A DNA stretch of 55,174 bases from Flavobacteriales bacterium (GCA_018652335.1 JABICI010000141.1:1-55174); one strand, 5' to 3'; positions 19,787-28,272 are shown, counted from the stretch's first letter. A program made the numbers and translations. Notes: generated by a model not told the origin, from the letters alone.

Positions 19787-20533
19787 CTATTTTTTTAATC
19801 TTTTGAAAAGTTTTGATGCAAAAACAAAATTTGTTAGCTCTTCATTATTTGAGACAATTAACTCTTCTTTGTTTCCTTTCCACCACATTTCTCCTTTATG
19901 AATAAAAGAAATATTATCTCCTATTTGCATAACTGAATTCATATCATGTGTATTAACAATAGTAGTAATATTATATTCTTTTGTGATTTCCATTATTAAA
20001 TCATCGATCAAAATCGCTGTTTTAGGGTCAAGACCGGAATTAGGTTCATCGCAGAAAAGATATTTTGGTTGCATGACAATAGCTCTTGCAATTGCAACCC
20101 TTTTTTTCATTCCGCCACTTAGTTCAGATGGCATTAAGTTGTTTTTGCCTTTTAAGTTAACTCTTTCTAAGCAAAAATTAACTCGTTCCATCTTTTCTTT
20201 TTCAGACTTATCAGTAAATAAAGAGAGGGGAAAAATTATGTTTTCTTCAACAGACATATAATCATAAAGCGCCCCACCTTGAAAGAGCATTCCTATATCT
20301 TGCCTTAATTTTTTTAGTTCTTTCTTGTTCATTTCACTTACGTTAGAACCATCAAAAAGAACTTTACCTGAGTAATTTTTGTATAAACCTATTAGTATTT
20401 TAATGAGTGTAGTTTTTCCAGAGCCACTTTCACCAATAATAAGATTCGTTTGTCCCTTTTTGAATGTCATGTTTACATTTTTCAATACTTTGTTTTCTCC
20501 AAATGACTTTTCTATATTTTTAATCTCTATCAT
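19787..20533 (-). CDS. mlaF: ABC transporter ATP-binding protein, MlaF-like
   Basis: 248 aa with Walker A GESGSGKTT, signature LSGGMKKR and Walker B LFCDEP. It is translationally coupled (ATGA) to the MlaE-like permease. Confidence 0.75.
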   Translation of the reverse strand: MIEIKNIEKSFGENKVLKNVNMTFKKGQTNLIIGESGSGKTTLIKILIGLYKNYSGKVLFDGSNVSEMNKKELKKLRQDIGMLFQGGALYDYMSVEENIIFPLSLFTDKSEKEKMERVNFCLERVNLKGKNNLMPSELSGGMKKRVAIARAIVMQPKYLFCDEPNSGLDPKTAILIDDLIMEITKEYNITTIVNTHDMNSVMQIGDNISFIHKGEMWWKGNKEELIVSNNEELTNFVFASKLFKRLKK

Positions 20534-21270
20534 GCTAGTATAATTTTGGTTAAGATAAAGTTAAACACAAGAATGATAATACTGCTATACACAACAGCTT
20601 CAGTGCTAGATTTCCCAACAGCAACTGCCCCGCCATTTGTGTAATATCCAAAATAAGAAGAAAGAGAAGATACTATAAATGCAAAGGCTAGTGTCTTAAT
20701 AATTGCATAGTTTACAAAAAACGGAATGAATTCATATCTTAACCCATACATAAAATCTGAAGTAGTTACATTAACAGATAATCCTCCAACCCATGCCCCA
20801 ATCATGCCAATTCCCATACTAAGAATTACAAGAAGAGGAAAAAAGAAAAGAGATGCAATAATTTTTGGAAGAATTAGAAAGGATGCTGAATTTACTCCCA
20901 TTATTTCAAGAGCATCTATTTGTTCACTTACCCTCATGCTCCCAATCTCCGAAGCAATGCTTGAACCAACTTTACCTGCAAGTATTAAAGAAATCATAGT
21001 TGGCGAAAATTCTAAAATAAGAGAATCTCTGCTCGCTAACCCAATTAAATATTTTGGTAAAAGTGGATTTTGTAGGTTTAAAGCAGTTTGAATACTCACA
21101 ACGCCACCCACAAAAAAGGAAATAAATAATACAATACCTATTGAATTTAATCCAATTTTTTCAAGTTCTAAAATTAATTGCTTATTAAACACACTCCATT
21201 TTTCTGGAACACTCATCACTTTTCTCATCATCAAGAAATATTGTCCAATGTGTTTGAGTAGTTTTTGCAT
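20530..21270 (-). CDS. mlaE: MlaE-family ABC transporter permease
   Basis: 246-aa polytopic ORF of MlaE/Ttg2B size and topology (…RVSEQIDALEIMG…), directly upstream of the ATPase. Confidence 0.75.
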   Translation of the reverse strand: MQKLLKHIGQYFLMMRKVMSVPEKWSVFNKQLILELEKIGLNSIGIVLFISFFVGGVVSIQTALNLQNPLLPKYLIGLASRDSLILEFSPTMISLILAGKVGSSIASEIGSMRVSEQIDALEIMGVNSASFLILPKIIASLFFFPLLVILSMGIGMIGAWVGGLSVNVTTSDFMYGLRYEFIPFFVNYAIIKTLAFAFIVSSLSSYFGYYTNGGAVAVGKSSTEAVVYSSIIILVFNFILTKIILA

Positions 21271-21290
21271 GAATTAATATATTAATTTAA

Positions 21291-21298
21291 TAAATTTG
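21291..21298 (+). promoter_or_regulatory. -7 promoter box (TAAATTTG) upstream of the small lipoprotein ORF
   Basis: Exact TAnnTTTG match 8 nt upstream of ATG 21307. Confidence 0.35.
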
Positions 21299-21306
21299 CA
21301 TTTACG

Positions 21307-21435
21307 ATGAAAATACAAAAGTATCATCTTTTATTGATTATTTTATTTTTAATCATCACTTCTTGTGGACTGACTAAGAAACGAGGTTGTGATACATGTC
21401 CTAATTTCACTGCATTATCTGAGCTAAATAAATGA
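21307..21435 (+). CDS. Small predicted lipoprotein, 42 aa (mature ~23 aa with a CxxC motif); below the ORF-track cutoff
   Basis: My translation is MKIQKYHLLLIILFLIITSCGLTKKRGCDTCPNFTALSELNK. It has a basic n-region, a hydrophobic core and a lipobox-like ITS-C, then CDTC. A -7 box lies 8 nt upstream and the stop is TGA at 21433..21435. There is no other gene in this 207-nt gap. Confidence 0.45.
   Translation: MKIQKYHLLLIILFLIITSCGLTKKRGCDTCPNFTALSELNK
21316..21323 (-). promoter_or_regulatory. -7 promoter box (TACTTTTG on the minus strand), candidate promoter of the mlaE operon
   Basis: Plus-strand CAAAAGTA is minus-strand TACTTTTG, 45 nt upstream of the mlaE ATG (21270). It lies inside codons 4-6 of the small ORF on the other strand. 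Confidence 0.35.
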
Positions 21436-21457
21436 ATAAATCTCTTTAGATTTATTC
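21434..21457. promoter_or_regulatory. Perfect 10-bp-arm inverted repeat GAATAAATCT-cttt-AGATTTATTC between the small ORF and the feoA promoter (operator or weak terminator)
   Basis: Read directly: arms at 21434..21443 and 21448..21457 with a 4-nt spacer. It starts within the TGA stop of the small ORF and ends 8 nt before the feoA -7 box. No U-tract follows. Confidence 0.35.
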
Positions 21458-21465
21458 TAAATAAC

Positions 21466-21473
21466 TATATTTG
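21466..21473 (+). promoter_or_regulatory. -7 promoter box (TATATTTG) for feoAB
   Basis: Exact TAnnTTTG match. Only 4 nt (CAAA) separate it from the feoA ATG at 21478. Confidence 0.45.
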
Positions 21474-21477
21474 CAAA

Positions 21478-21711
21478 ATGCAATGTTTAGCGGAATTACC
21501 GATTGGATCAATTGGAGAAATGGTTAGAATTTTCGATAATAATTTAGAGCAGAAACTATTAGAAATGGGCTGTACTCCTGGAGAGAATTTTAAAGTAATT
21601 CGTAAAGCTCCCTTCGGAGGTCCAGTGGCAATCCTAATATCTTCATACATTCTTAGTATTAGAAGAGAAGATGCAAAGAGTATTGAAGTAATTGAATTAA
21701 GAAATGAGTAA
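21478..21711 (+). CDS. feoA: Ferrous iron transport protein A
   Basis: 77-aa SH3-like FeoA-sized ORF (LAELPIGSIGEMVRI...). It overlaps the feoB start by 8 nt. Confidence 0.85.
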   Translation: MQCLAELPIGSIGEMVRIFDNNLEQKLLEMGCTPGENFKVIRKAPFGGPVAILISSYILSIRREDAKSIEVIELRNE

Positions 21712-23782
21712 TCAAGTATTTAAAATTGCTCTTGCTGGAAACCCTAACTCTGGCAAAACAACTTTATTTAACGCACTTACGGGACTAAAGCAAAAAGTTG
21801 GAAATTACCCTGGTATTACTGTAGAAAAAAAATTAGGAACAATTAGGTTTTCAGATGATTATGAAGCAATTGCAATTGATTTACCAGGAACTTATTCCCT
21901 ATTTCCTAAATCAATAGATGAAGAAGTAGCTCAGCAAATTTTATGTAATAAGGACAATAGTGATTACCCAGATATTACTTTGGTTGTTGCTGATGCGTCT
22001 AATCTAAGAAGGACTATTTTTCTTCTTACTCAGATAATTGATCTAAAGATGAATGTTGTCTTAGCTTTAAATATGGTTGATATAGCAACAAAGAAAGGAT
22101 TAATCGTAGATGTAAATTTGTTATCTAAAAAACTCGGTATTCCTGTGGTTGCTATTAATGCAAGAAAAGGGAAAGGCATTGAAGTGTTAAAAAAAACCTT
22201 GATTAATTCTTTGGATAGATCTCCTGATTATCCTTTTCTAGATGTAGGAAAACTATTTAAGGGTGCTATTAAAAAAGCAAATATTATTAGAAATGTTGAA
22301 AATAATTACGCTTCTTTTATGGCATTATGTAAACAAAAATTAAGTGGTGAACTAGAAAATAGATGCGCCTTAAATCAGCTTTGCAAATCAGAAGATATTA
22401 TTCCAGAACGAGCACAGGCAAAAGAGACTGTTAATCGCTATTCATTGATTGATAAATTAGTTAAAGAAACTGTTAAACAAGGTGAGCCTATTGGCAAATA
22501 TATGATTACAAGGAGGTTAGATGACCTTTTAATTCATCCCTTTTATGGATATATAATTTTTCTACTAATATTATTTGTTATTTTTCAAGTTGTCTTTTCT
22601 TTGGCTACATATCCAATGGATTTAATTGATGGTTTATTTGTAGATATTCAGATGTTTGTGGCTCAAACTTTACCAAAAGGCCTATTAAATGATCTAGTTG
22701 TTAATGGAATACTAGCTGGTCTTGGGGGAATCTTAATTTTTGTGCCTCAAATAGCATTCCTATTTGCTTTTATTGCTTTTTTAGAAGACACAGGATACAT
22801 GGCAAGAGTTAGTTTTATTACTGATAAACTTCTTAGAAATGTTGGCTTAAATGGAAGGTCAATTATCCCTTTGTTAAGTGGTGCAGCATGTGCTGTTCCA
22901 GCAATTATGTCTACAAGGACAATTTCTTCATGGAAAGAGAGGATTATTACAATCTTAGTTACACCACTTATGAGTTGTTCTGCAAGATTACCCGTGTACA
23001 CTTTGATTATTGCACTCATAATACCTGCCGAAGATTATTTTGGTTTTAATTTACAAGGAATAGTAATGATGTCATTCTATATGATAGGGTTTATTTCGGC
23101 AATACTTGTTGCTCTTCTGTTAAAATACATCATAAAGTCAAAGGAATATTCCTATTATATAATGGAGATGCCATCATATAAAATTCCTGATTGGAAAACA
23201 GTTGGGTATACAATCTATGAGAAAGTTAAAATATTTTTATTTGATGCAGGAAAGATTATTATTGCTGTCTCTATTGTCTTGTGGTTTATGTCCTCTTTTT
23301 CACCTGGAGATAATTTTGAAAAAATAGAGCAAAAATGGAAAGGACATGAAAATGCAGAATTTAACATAAATGCAGATAAATTAGAAGCTTCTTATGCGGG
23401 AATAATTGGAAAGATGATTGAGCCTGCAATTAAACCATTAGGATTTGATTGGAAAATTGGTATCTCACTTATAACCTCTTTTGCTGCAAGAGAAGTTTTT
23501 GTTGGAACAATGTCAACTATTTATAGCGTTGGAGATAGTAATGTTAAATCAATACAAACAAGACTTTCAGAACTAAAAAATCCTGATACAGGAGAAGCTT
23601 TTTTTACTCCTGCTGTTGGAATATCATTAATGTTATTTTATGCTTTTGCAATGCAATGTATGACTACTATTGTAATTGTTTATAGAGAAACAAATCATTG
23701 GAAATGGCCATTTATTCAGTTTATTTATATGGGTTTTTTAGCTTATGTTTCTAGTTTAATTGCATATCAATTACTGAGCTAA
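21704..23782 (+). CDS. feoB: Ferrous iron transporter FeoB (G-domain plus permease)
   Basis: 692 aa with the N-terminal GTPase motifs GNPNSGKTTLFN and DLPG, NMVD, followed by a polytopic gate/permease domain. Confidence 0.93.
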   Translation: MSNQVFKIALAGNPNSGKTTLFNALTGLKQKVGNYPGITVEKKLGTIRFSDDYEAIAIDLPGTYSLFPKSIDEEVAQQILCNKDNSDYPDITLVVADASNLRRTIFLLTQIIDLKMNVVLALNMVDIATKKGLIVDVNLLSKKLGIPVVAINARKGKGIEVLKKTLINSLDRSPDYPFLDVGKLFKGAIKKANIIRNVENNYASFMALCKQKLSGELENRCALNQLCKSEDIIPERAQAKETVNRYSLIDKLVKETVKQGEPIGKYMITRRLDDLLIHPFYGYIIFLLILFVIFQVVFSLATYPMDLIDGLFVDIQMFVAQTLPKGLLNDLVVNGILAGLGGILIFVPQIAFLFAFIAFLEDTGYMARVSFITDKLLRNVGLNGRSIIPLLSGAACAVPAIMSTRTISSWKERIITILVTPLMSCSARLPVYTLIIALIIPAEDYFGFNLQGIVMMSFYMIGFISAILVALLLKYIIKSKEYSYYIMEMPSYKIPDWKTVGYTIYEKVKIFLFDAGKIIIAVSIVLWFMSSFSPGDNFEKIEQKWKGHENAEFNINADKLEASYAGIIGKMIEPAIKPLGFDWKIGISLITSFAAREVFVGTMSTIYSVGDSNVKSIQTRLSELKNPDTGEAFFTPAVGISLMLFYAFAMQCMTTIVIVYRETNHWKWPFIQFIYMGFLAYVSSLIAYQLLS

Positions 23783-24372
23783 TGACTACTTTTAATTCTT
23801 ATGTTCCAAAGCGTAGTATTAAATTACTAGAATGCTGGATTAATGAATTGCATTTAGAAGTGAAAGTTACTAAGCCTAGAAAAAGTAAATTAGGTGATTT
23901 TAAGGTAATAGGCGACCAGCTGATAATCTCGATAAACAATAATCTAAATAAGTACGCGTTTTTAATTACTCTTGTACATGAAATAGCACATGCGTTTGTA
24001 TTTAAAAAATATCAGAATACAGTTTTACCACATTCTAGAAGTTGGAAGTTAACTTACAAAGCATTAATGCTTAATTTTCTCACTACTGATTATTTTCCTG
24101 ATGATATATTAAAAGTGCTTTGTAAGCATATGATTTACCCGAGTGCGTCATCATATTCTGATATATCATTAGTTAAGGTACTGCGAAAATATGATTCGTT
24201 AAAGAAAGACACCTTATCTGATTTAAATATTGGTGATATTTTTAGAATTTCATCAGGTAAGGAATTTGTTAAGGGTAAAAAAATAAGAAAAAGATATAAG
24301 TGTATTGAGTGTTCGACTAATAAGGTTTATTTATTCCATCCGTTTGCAGATGTCACAAAATTTAATGATTAA
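23782..24372 (+). CDS. SprT-like zinc-metalloprotease-domain protein
   Basis: 196 aa with the HEIAH (HExxH) motif in a SprT-like context and a single C-terminal CIEC. The ATG shares its A with the feoB stop (TAATG). Confidence 0.6.
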   Translation: MTTFNSYVPKRSIKLLECWINELHLEVKVTKPRKSKLGDFKVIGDQLIISINNNLNKYAFLITLVHEIAHAFVFKKYQNTVLPHSRSWKLTYKALMLNFLTTDYFPDDILKVLCKHMIYPSASSYSDISLVKVLRKYDSLKKDTLSDLNIGDIFRISSGKEFVKGKKIRKRYKCIECSTNKVYLFHPFADVTKFND

Positions 24373-24411
24373 TATTGCAAATTATTGTATGTTAGTATCT
24401 AATAATTAAAA

Positions 24412-25488
24412 ATGAATAAAAATAATTACGCTATAATAATGGCCGGAGGAATTGGTTCAAGATTTTGGCCAATTAGTAAAGAGTCTTTACCTAAACAATT
24501 TATAGATATACTAGGAACAGGGGAGACTTTAATACAACAAACATTCAATAGACTTATAAAAATATGTTGTTCTGAAAATATATATATTGTAACAAATAAA
24601 AATTATAGAAATTTATGTATCAAACAGTTGCCGGGTATTTTAAAGAATAACATTCTTTGTGAACCAAGTATGAGAAACACTGCTCCTTGTATTGCTTACG
24701 CCTCTTTCAAGATACACAATAAAAACCAGAATGCTAATATTATTGTTGCAGCGTCTGATCATATTATTTTAAAAGAAGATGAATTTGTTCGTGTAGCAAA
24801 AAATAGTCTGCGTTTAGTTGGTGAAAATGATTTTTTATTAACCTTAGGAATAAAACCTTCACGTCCTGATACTGGATATGGGTATATCCAATATACATCT
24901 GAAAAAATAACTGGACAAAAACATATAAGAAAAGTCAAAACTTTCACAGAAAAACCAGATAAAGAATTAGCAATTAATTTTTTAGCCAGTGGAGATTTTC
25001 TTTGGAATTCTGGAATGTTTGTTTGGAGTTCTAAATCGATTATTCTAGCTTTCAGGAAATATTTACGTGACATGTATGATGTTTTTGAAGAAGGAAATCA
25101 ATTTTATAATACAAACGAAGAGTTAGAATTTATTGAAAGAGTTTTTCCAGGATGTAAGAATGTTTCTATTGATTATGGAATTATGGAAAAAGCAGAAAAT
25201 GTTTATGTTTATCCAGCTGATTTTGGTTGGAGTGATTTAGGTACATGGGGATCTTTTTATTCACATTCTCGTTTAGATGAAAATAAAAATGCAATTAAAG
25301 GATCAAATGTATTTATTTATGATTCTCAGGATAATATTGTGAATGTCCCTGAAGAAAAGTTAGTAGTTATGCAAGGAATTCAAGGCTATATAGTTGCAGA
25401 AAAAGATGGTAATTTACTAATCTGTAAAAAAGAAAATGAGCAACAAATAAAACAATTTATTTCAGATATTAAAAATGTAAATAATTGA
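24412..25488 (+). CDS. Mannose-1-phosphate guanylyltransferase (nucleotidyltransferase only, no PMI domain)
   Basis: 358 aa with the N-terminal AIIMAGGIGSRFWPIS nucleotidyltransferase motif and the DIGWSDLG-like FGWSDLGTWGS. Confidence 0.8.
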   Translation: MNKNNYAIIMAGGIGSRFWPISKESLPKQFIDILGTGETLIQQTFNRLIKICCSENIYIVTNKNYRNLCIKQLPGILKNNILCEPSMRNTAPCIAYASFKIHNKNQNANIIVAASDHIILKEDEFVRVAKNSLRLVGENDFLLTLGIKPSRPDTGYGYIQYTSEKITGQKHIRKVKTFTEKPDKELAINFLASGDFLWNSGMFVWSSKSIILAFRKYLRDMYDVFEEGNQFYNTNEELEFIERVFPGCKNVSIDYGIMEKAENVYVYPADFGWSDLGTWGSFYSHSRLDENKNAIKGSNVFIYDSQDNIVNVPEEKLVVMQGIQGYIVAEKDGNLLICKKENEQQIKQFISDIKNVNN

Positions 25489-25491
25489 ATT

Positions 25492-26130
25492 CTATTTTAA
25501 AAATGGGTTGTTATCTTTTTCAAATTCTAGGCTAGTAGATGGTCCATGCCCAGAATAAACTTGCGTCTTTTCTGGTAGTCTTTTTAAAATAAATTCTATA
25601 CTTTCCATTAATGTTGTATGATTTCCACCAGGAAGATCTGTTCTTCCAACACTGCCCTTAAATATAAGATCTCCTGCAATTAGAATATCAGCTTCTTTAT
25701 TATAAAGACAGATATGACCTGGTGCGTGACCCGGCGTAGATAAAATTTCTAATTTAGTATTTCCAAAGCAAATAGTTTCTCCATGTTTTAAAAAGTGTTT
25801 TGGCGCAGGTGATGGTTCATAATGTTCAAATCCATACATTTTAGCAATAGAAGATGCACCTTTAAGTATTTCTAGATCTAATTTATTAATGAATAAATCT
25901 AGGTTCCATTTATTACTAACAAACTTATTACCTAATACATGATCAATATGGCAATGTGTATTTATAAGTTTAACGGGCATTAAGCCCTTAGAAGATATGA
26001 ATTCTGATATTGTAATCTGTTCATGATTACTATAGCATCCAGGATCAATAATAATACATTCTCTCGTTTCATCAGATAATATATATGTGTTTTCCTGAAA
26101 TGTGTTGAATGTGAAAGATTGAATATTCAT
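25492..26130 (-). CDS. MBL-fold metallo-hydrolase (glyoxalase II-like)
   Basis: HCHIDH (HxHxDH) motif, later His/Asp ligands and ...SGHGPST. I trimmed the ORF-track start (26199) to ATG 26130 (MNIQSFTF...). This is because a minus-strand -7 box lies at 26151..26144 and the extra 23 codons look non-native. Confidence 0.8.
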   Translation of the reverse strand: MNIQSFTFNTFQENTYILSDETRECIIIDPGCYSNHEQITISEFISSKGLMPVKLINTHCHIDHVLGNKFVSNKWNLDLFINKLDLEILKGASSIAKMYGFEHYEPSPAPKHFLKHGETICFGNTKLEILSTPGHAPGHICLYNKEADILIAGDLIFKGSVGRTDLPGGNHTTLMESIEFILKRLPEKTQVYSGHGPSTSLEFEKDNNPFLK

Positions 26131-26143
26131 TTTTTTGTTTTTA

Positions 26144-26151
26144 CAAAGATA
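26144..26151 (-). promoter_or_regulatory. -7 promoter box (TATCTTTG on the minus strand) for the MBL-fold hydrolase gene
   Basis: Plus-strand CAAAGATA, 13 nt upstream of ATG 26130. Confidence 0.4.
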
Positions 26152-26208
26152 TGTTAATTGTTGTTTAAAACTAAATTGTTGTTTTTTTTGAAATAACAAC
26201 TACATTTA

Positions 26209-26216
26209 TAATTTTG
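26209..26216 (+). promoter_or_regulatory. -7 promoter box (TAATTTTG) for the TSUP-like/M20 operon
   Basis: Exact TAnnTTTG match with only 4 nt (TAAC) before ATG 26221. Confidence 0.45.
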
Positions 26217-26220
26217 TAAC

Positions 26221-26589
26221 ATGAGTATTGTAACTGTATTTTTGTTAATTATTATTGGTTTATTAGCAGGTTTTATAGGAGGTTTAATAGGTGTTGGTGG
26301 TGGAATAATTATTATACCATTATTAATTTTAATGCTAGATATGACACAGCATCAAGCTCAGGGAACTGCCTTATTTACAATGTTACCTCCTATTGGTATT
26401 CTAGCAGCTATTAACTATTATAAGCAAGGTATTGTCAATATAGAATATGCTTCTATTATCGCATTCACATTTTTAATTGGTGGTTACTTTGGCTCTAAAA
26501 TTTCTTTAACTCTTTCACCTGATCTTGTTAGACGTATTTTTGGCGTTGTTATGTTAATTGGAGCTATAAAACTCATTTTTACAGAATGA
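26221..26589 (+). CDS. Half-size TSUP (TauE/SafE) family membrane protein, single 4-TM repeat
   Basis: 122 aa with four predicted TM helices and the TSUP-like GxxGGLIGVGGGIIIIP motif. That is half the length of canonical ~250-aa members. ATGA overlap with the next gene. Confidence 0.65.
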   Translation: MSIVTVFLLIIIGLLAGFIGGLIGVGGGIIIIPLLILMLDMTQHQAQGTALFTMLPPIGILAAINYYKQGIVNIEYASIIAFTFLIGGYFGSKISLTLSPDLVRRIFGVVMLIGAIKLIFTE

Positions 26590-27755
26590 TAAACATCATA
26601 AAAAAAAATGTTGATGATATTTATGATGAAATAGTATCTATAAGAAGACATTTACATAAGTATCCTGAATTGTCTTTTAATGAGTATAAAACTTCTTTGT
26701 TTATAAAGAAAATTCTTACAGATTGGAAAATTCCTTTTGTTGAGAATATTGCTGATACTGGAGTTGTCGTTGTTATTGAAGGTCAAAATCCTGCGAAAAA
26801 AACTACTGGTTTGCGTGCTGATTTCGATGCCTTACCAATTCTTGAGGAAAATAATATTGAATATTGTTCGCAAAATGAGGGAGTGATGCATGCATGTGGT
26901 CATGATGCTCATACGGCAATTTTACTAGGAGTCTTGAAAATACTAAATTTTTTAAAAGATAAGTGGACTGGTACAGTTAAGTTTATTTTTCAACCGGCTG
27001 AGGAGCAATTTCCTGGAGGTGCTAATCAAATGATTAAGGAGGGAGTCCTTGAAAACCCTCATGTAGAAAAAATGTTTGGTCAACATGTTTTTCCTGAATT
27101 AGAGTCGGGTAAGGTAGGGTTCTGTCCTGGAAGATATATGGCTTCAGCTGATGAGATTGAGATTTCAATTATTGGAAAGGGAGGACATGCTGCTTTACCA
27201 AATACTTATAATAATCCTATTATTGCAGCATCAAAATTAGTTTTAGCATTAGATGAATACTTTTTGCCTTTTAGTGATATTCCTGCAGTTTTTGCGATTG
27301 GATTTTTTAATGCTGATGGTTTTTGTAATGTTATACCTGATAAAGTTGATTTAAAAGGGACTTTTAGAACTATTGATGAAAATTTTAGAGATAGTGCTCA
27401 TGAAAAGATGGTAGAGATTTCTAATAGTATATCTGAAGAATGTAATGTGAGTATTGATTTTGTAATCCGAAAGGGTTATCCTTCCTTATATAATGATGAG
27501 AATTTAACATTCTCCGCAATTAAGCATGCTAAAGATTTTTTAGGTAAGGAGAATGTAATCGATTTATCTTTAAGAATGACAGCAGAAGATTTTGCATATT
27601 TTGGCCAAAAAGTTCCTTCTTGTTTTTATAGATTAGGATCTTCAAATATAAAACGAGGTATAATTCATGGGCTACATACATCAAAATTTGATATTGATGA
27701 AAAGTCATTAAAGATTGGAATAGGACTAATGTCTTACTTAGCAATCAAAAATTAA
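26586..27755 (+). CDS. M20-family amidohydrolase (N-acyl-L-amino acid amidohydrolase / hippurate hydrolase-like)
   Basis: 389 aa with MHACGHDAH and the FQPAEE metal-ligand motifs typical of the M20D subfamily. Confidence 0.8.
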   Translation: MINIIKKNVDDIYDEIVSIRRHLHKYPELSFNEYKTSLFIKKILTDWKIPFVENIADTGVVVVIEGQNPAKKTTGLRADFDALPILEENNIEYCSQNEGVMHACGHDAHTAILLGVLKILNFLKDKWTGTVKFIFQPAEEQFPGGANQMIKEGVLENPHVEKMFGQHVFPELESGKVGFCPGRYMASADEIEISIIGKGGHAALPNTYNNPIIAASKLVLALDEYFLPFSDIPAVFAIGFFNADGFCNVIPDKVDLKGTFRTIDENFRDSAHEKMVEISNSISEECNVSIDFVIRKGYPSLYNDENLTFSAIKHAKDFLGKENVIDLSLRMTAEDFAYFGQKVPSCFYRLGSSNIKRGIIHGLHTSKFDIDEKSLKIGIGLMSYLAIKN

Positions 27756-28267
27756 TTCAATAATTTACTTCCTATTAAATAGAACTCATTTGAAAATGAC
27801 TTAATTCTATCAGTTAATTCAACTGATTTAATAGCATCATTGTTAAAGTCTTTTGCTGTTGCGTATACAACACGAGGTAACTGTATCATTCTCCATTCAT
27901 TCATGCATATTTGAGTAAGATGCATAGTAGATAGATAACTTTTCTCACCACCTGCACTACAAAGAATACCAAAAAATTTATTTTTTGCATTAACAAAGCT
28001 TGTATCTAGAATTGTTTTAAGTGAATCATTAAGACTATAGCAGTGTACCCCCATTCCTATAATAATATTGTCAGCTTCTTTAATTTTCATTGACAGTCTC
28101 TCCATTTCAATACTAATTGGAGAGTGAGTATGGCGTAGAGGAATATCTCTTGAATCAATTATTGTGCAATTTGCTCCTTTGGAGTTTAGTTCATTTGCAA
28201 CAGAATTGCATAAGATAAATGATTTAGAGTTTTTTGATAGCGAACTTGAAATAATTAATGTATTCAT
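27752..28267 (-). CDS. NAD(P)H-dependent FMN reductase-family oxidoreductase
   Basis: Flavodoxin-like fold pattern (LIISSSLSKNSKS...GMGVHCYS...). The ORF-track start at 28276 is a TTG, so I prefer ATG 28267 (MNTLIISS...). The stop overlaps the convergent M20 gene stop. Confidence 0.6.
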   Translation of the reverse strand: MNTLIISSSLSKNSKSFILCNSVANELNSKGANCTIIDSRDIPLRHTHSPISIEMERLSMKIKEADNIIIGMGVHCYSLNDSLKTILDTSFVNAKNKFFGILCSAGGEKSYLSTMHLTQICMNEWRMIQLPRVVYATAKDFNNDAIKSVELTDRIKSFSNEFYLIGSKLLN

Positions 28268-28272
28268 TCTTA

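Noticed and set aside
20726-21091. 121-aa ORF antisense to mlaE, and the 92-aa ORF at 19983..20261 antisense to mlaF
   Set aside because: These are shadow ORFs on the opposite strand of well-supported ABC transporter genes, with no supporting signals.
21465-21650. 61-aa minus-strand ORF covering feoA
   Set aside because: It is antisense to a good FeoA-like ORF that is translationally coupled to feoB and has a -7 box, so the plus-strand reading is the real gene.
26131-26199. 23-codon N-terminal extension of the MBL-fold hydrolase
   Set aside because: A minus-strand TATCTTTG box lies inside the extension, and MNIQSFTF... is a typical start for this family.
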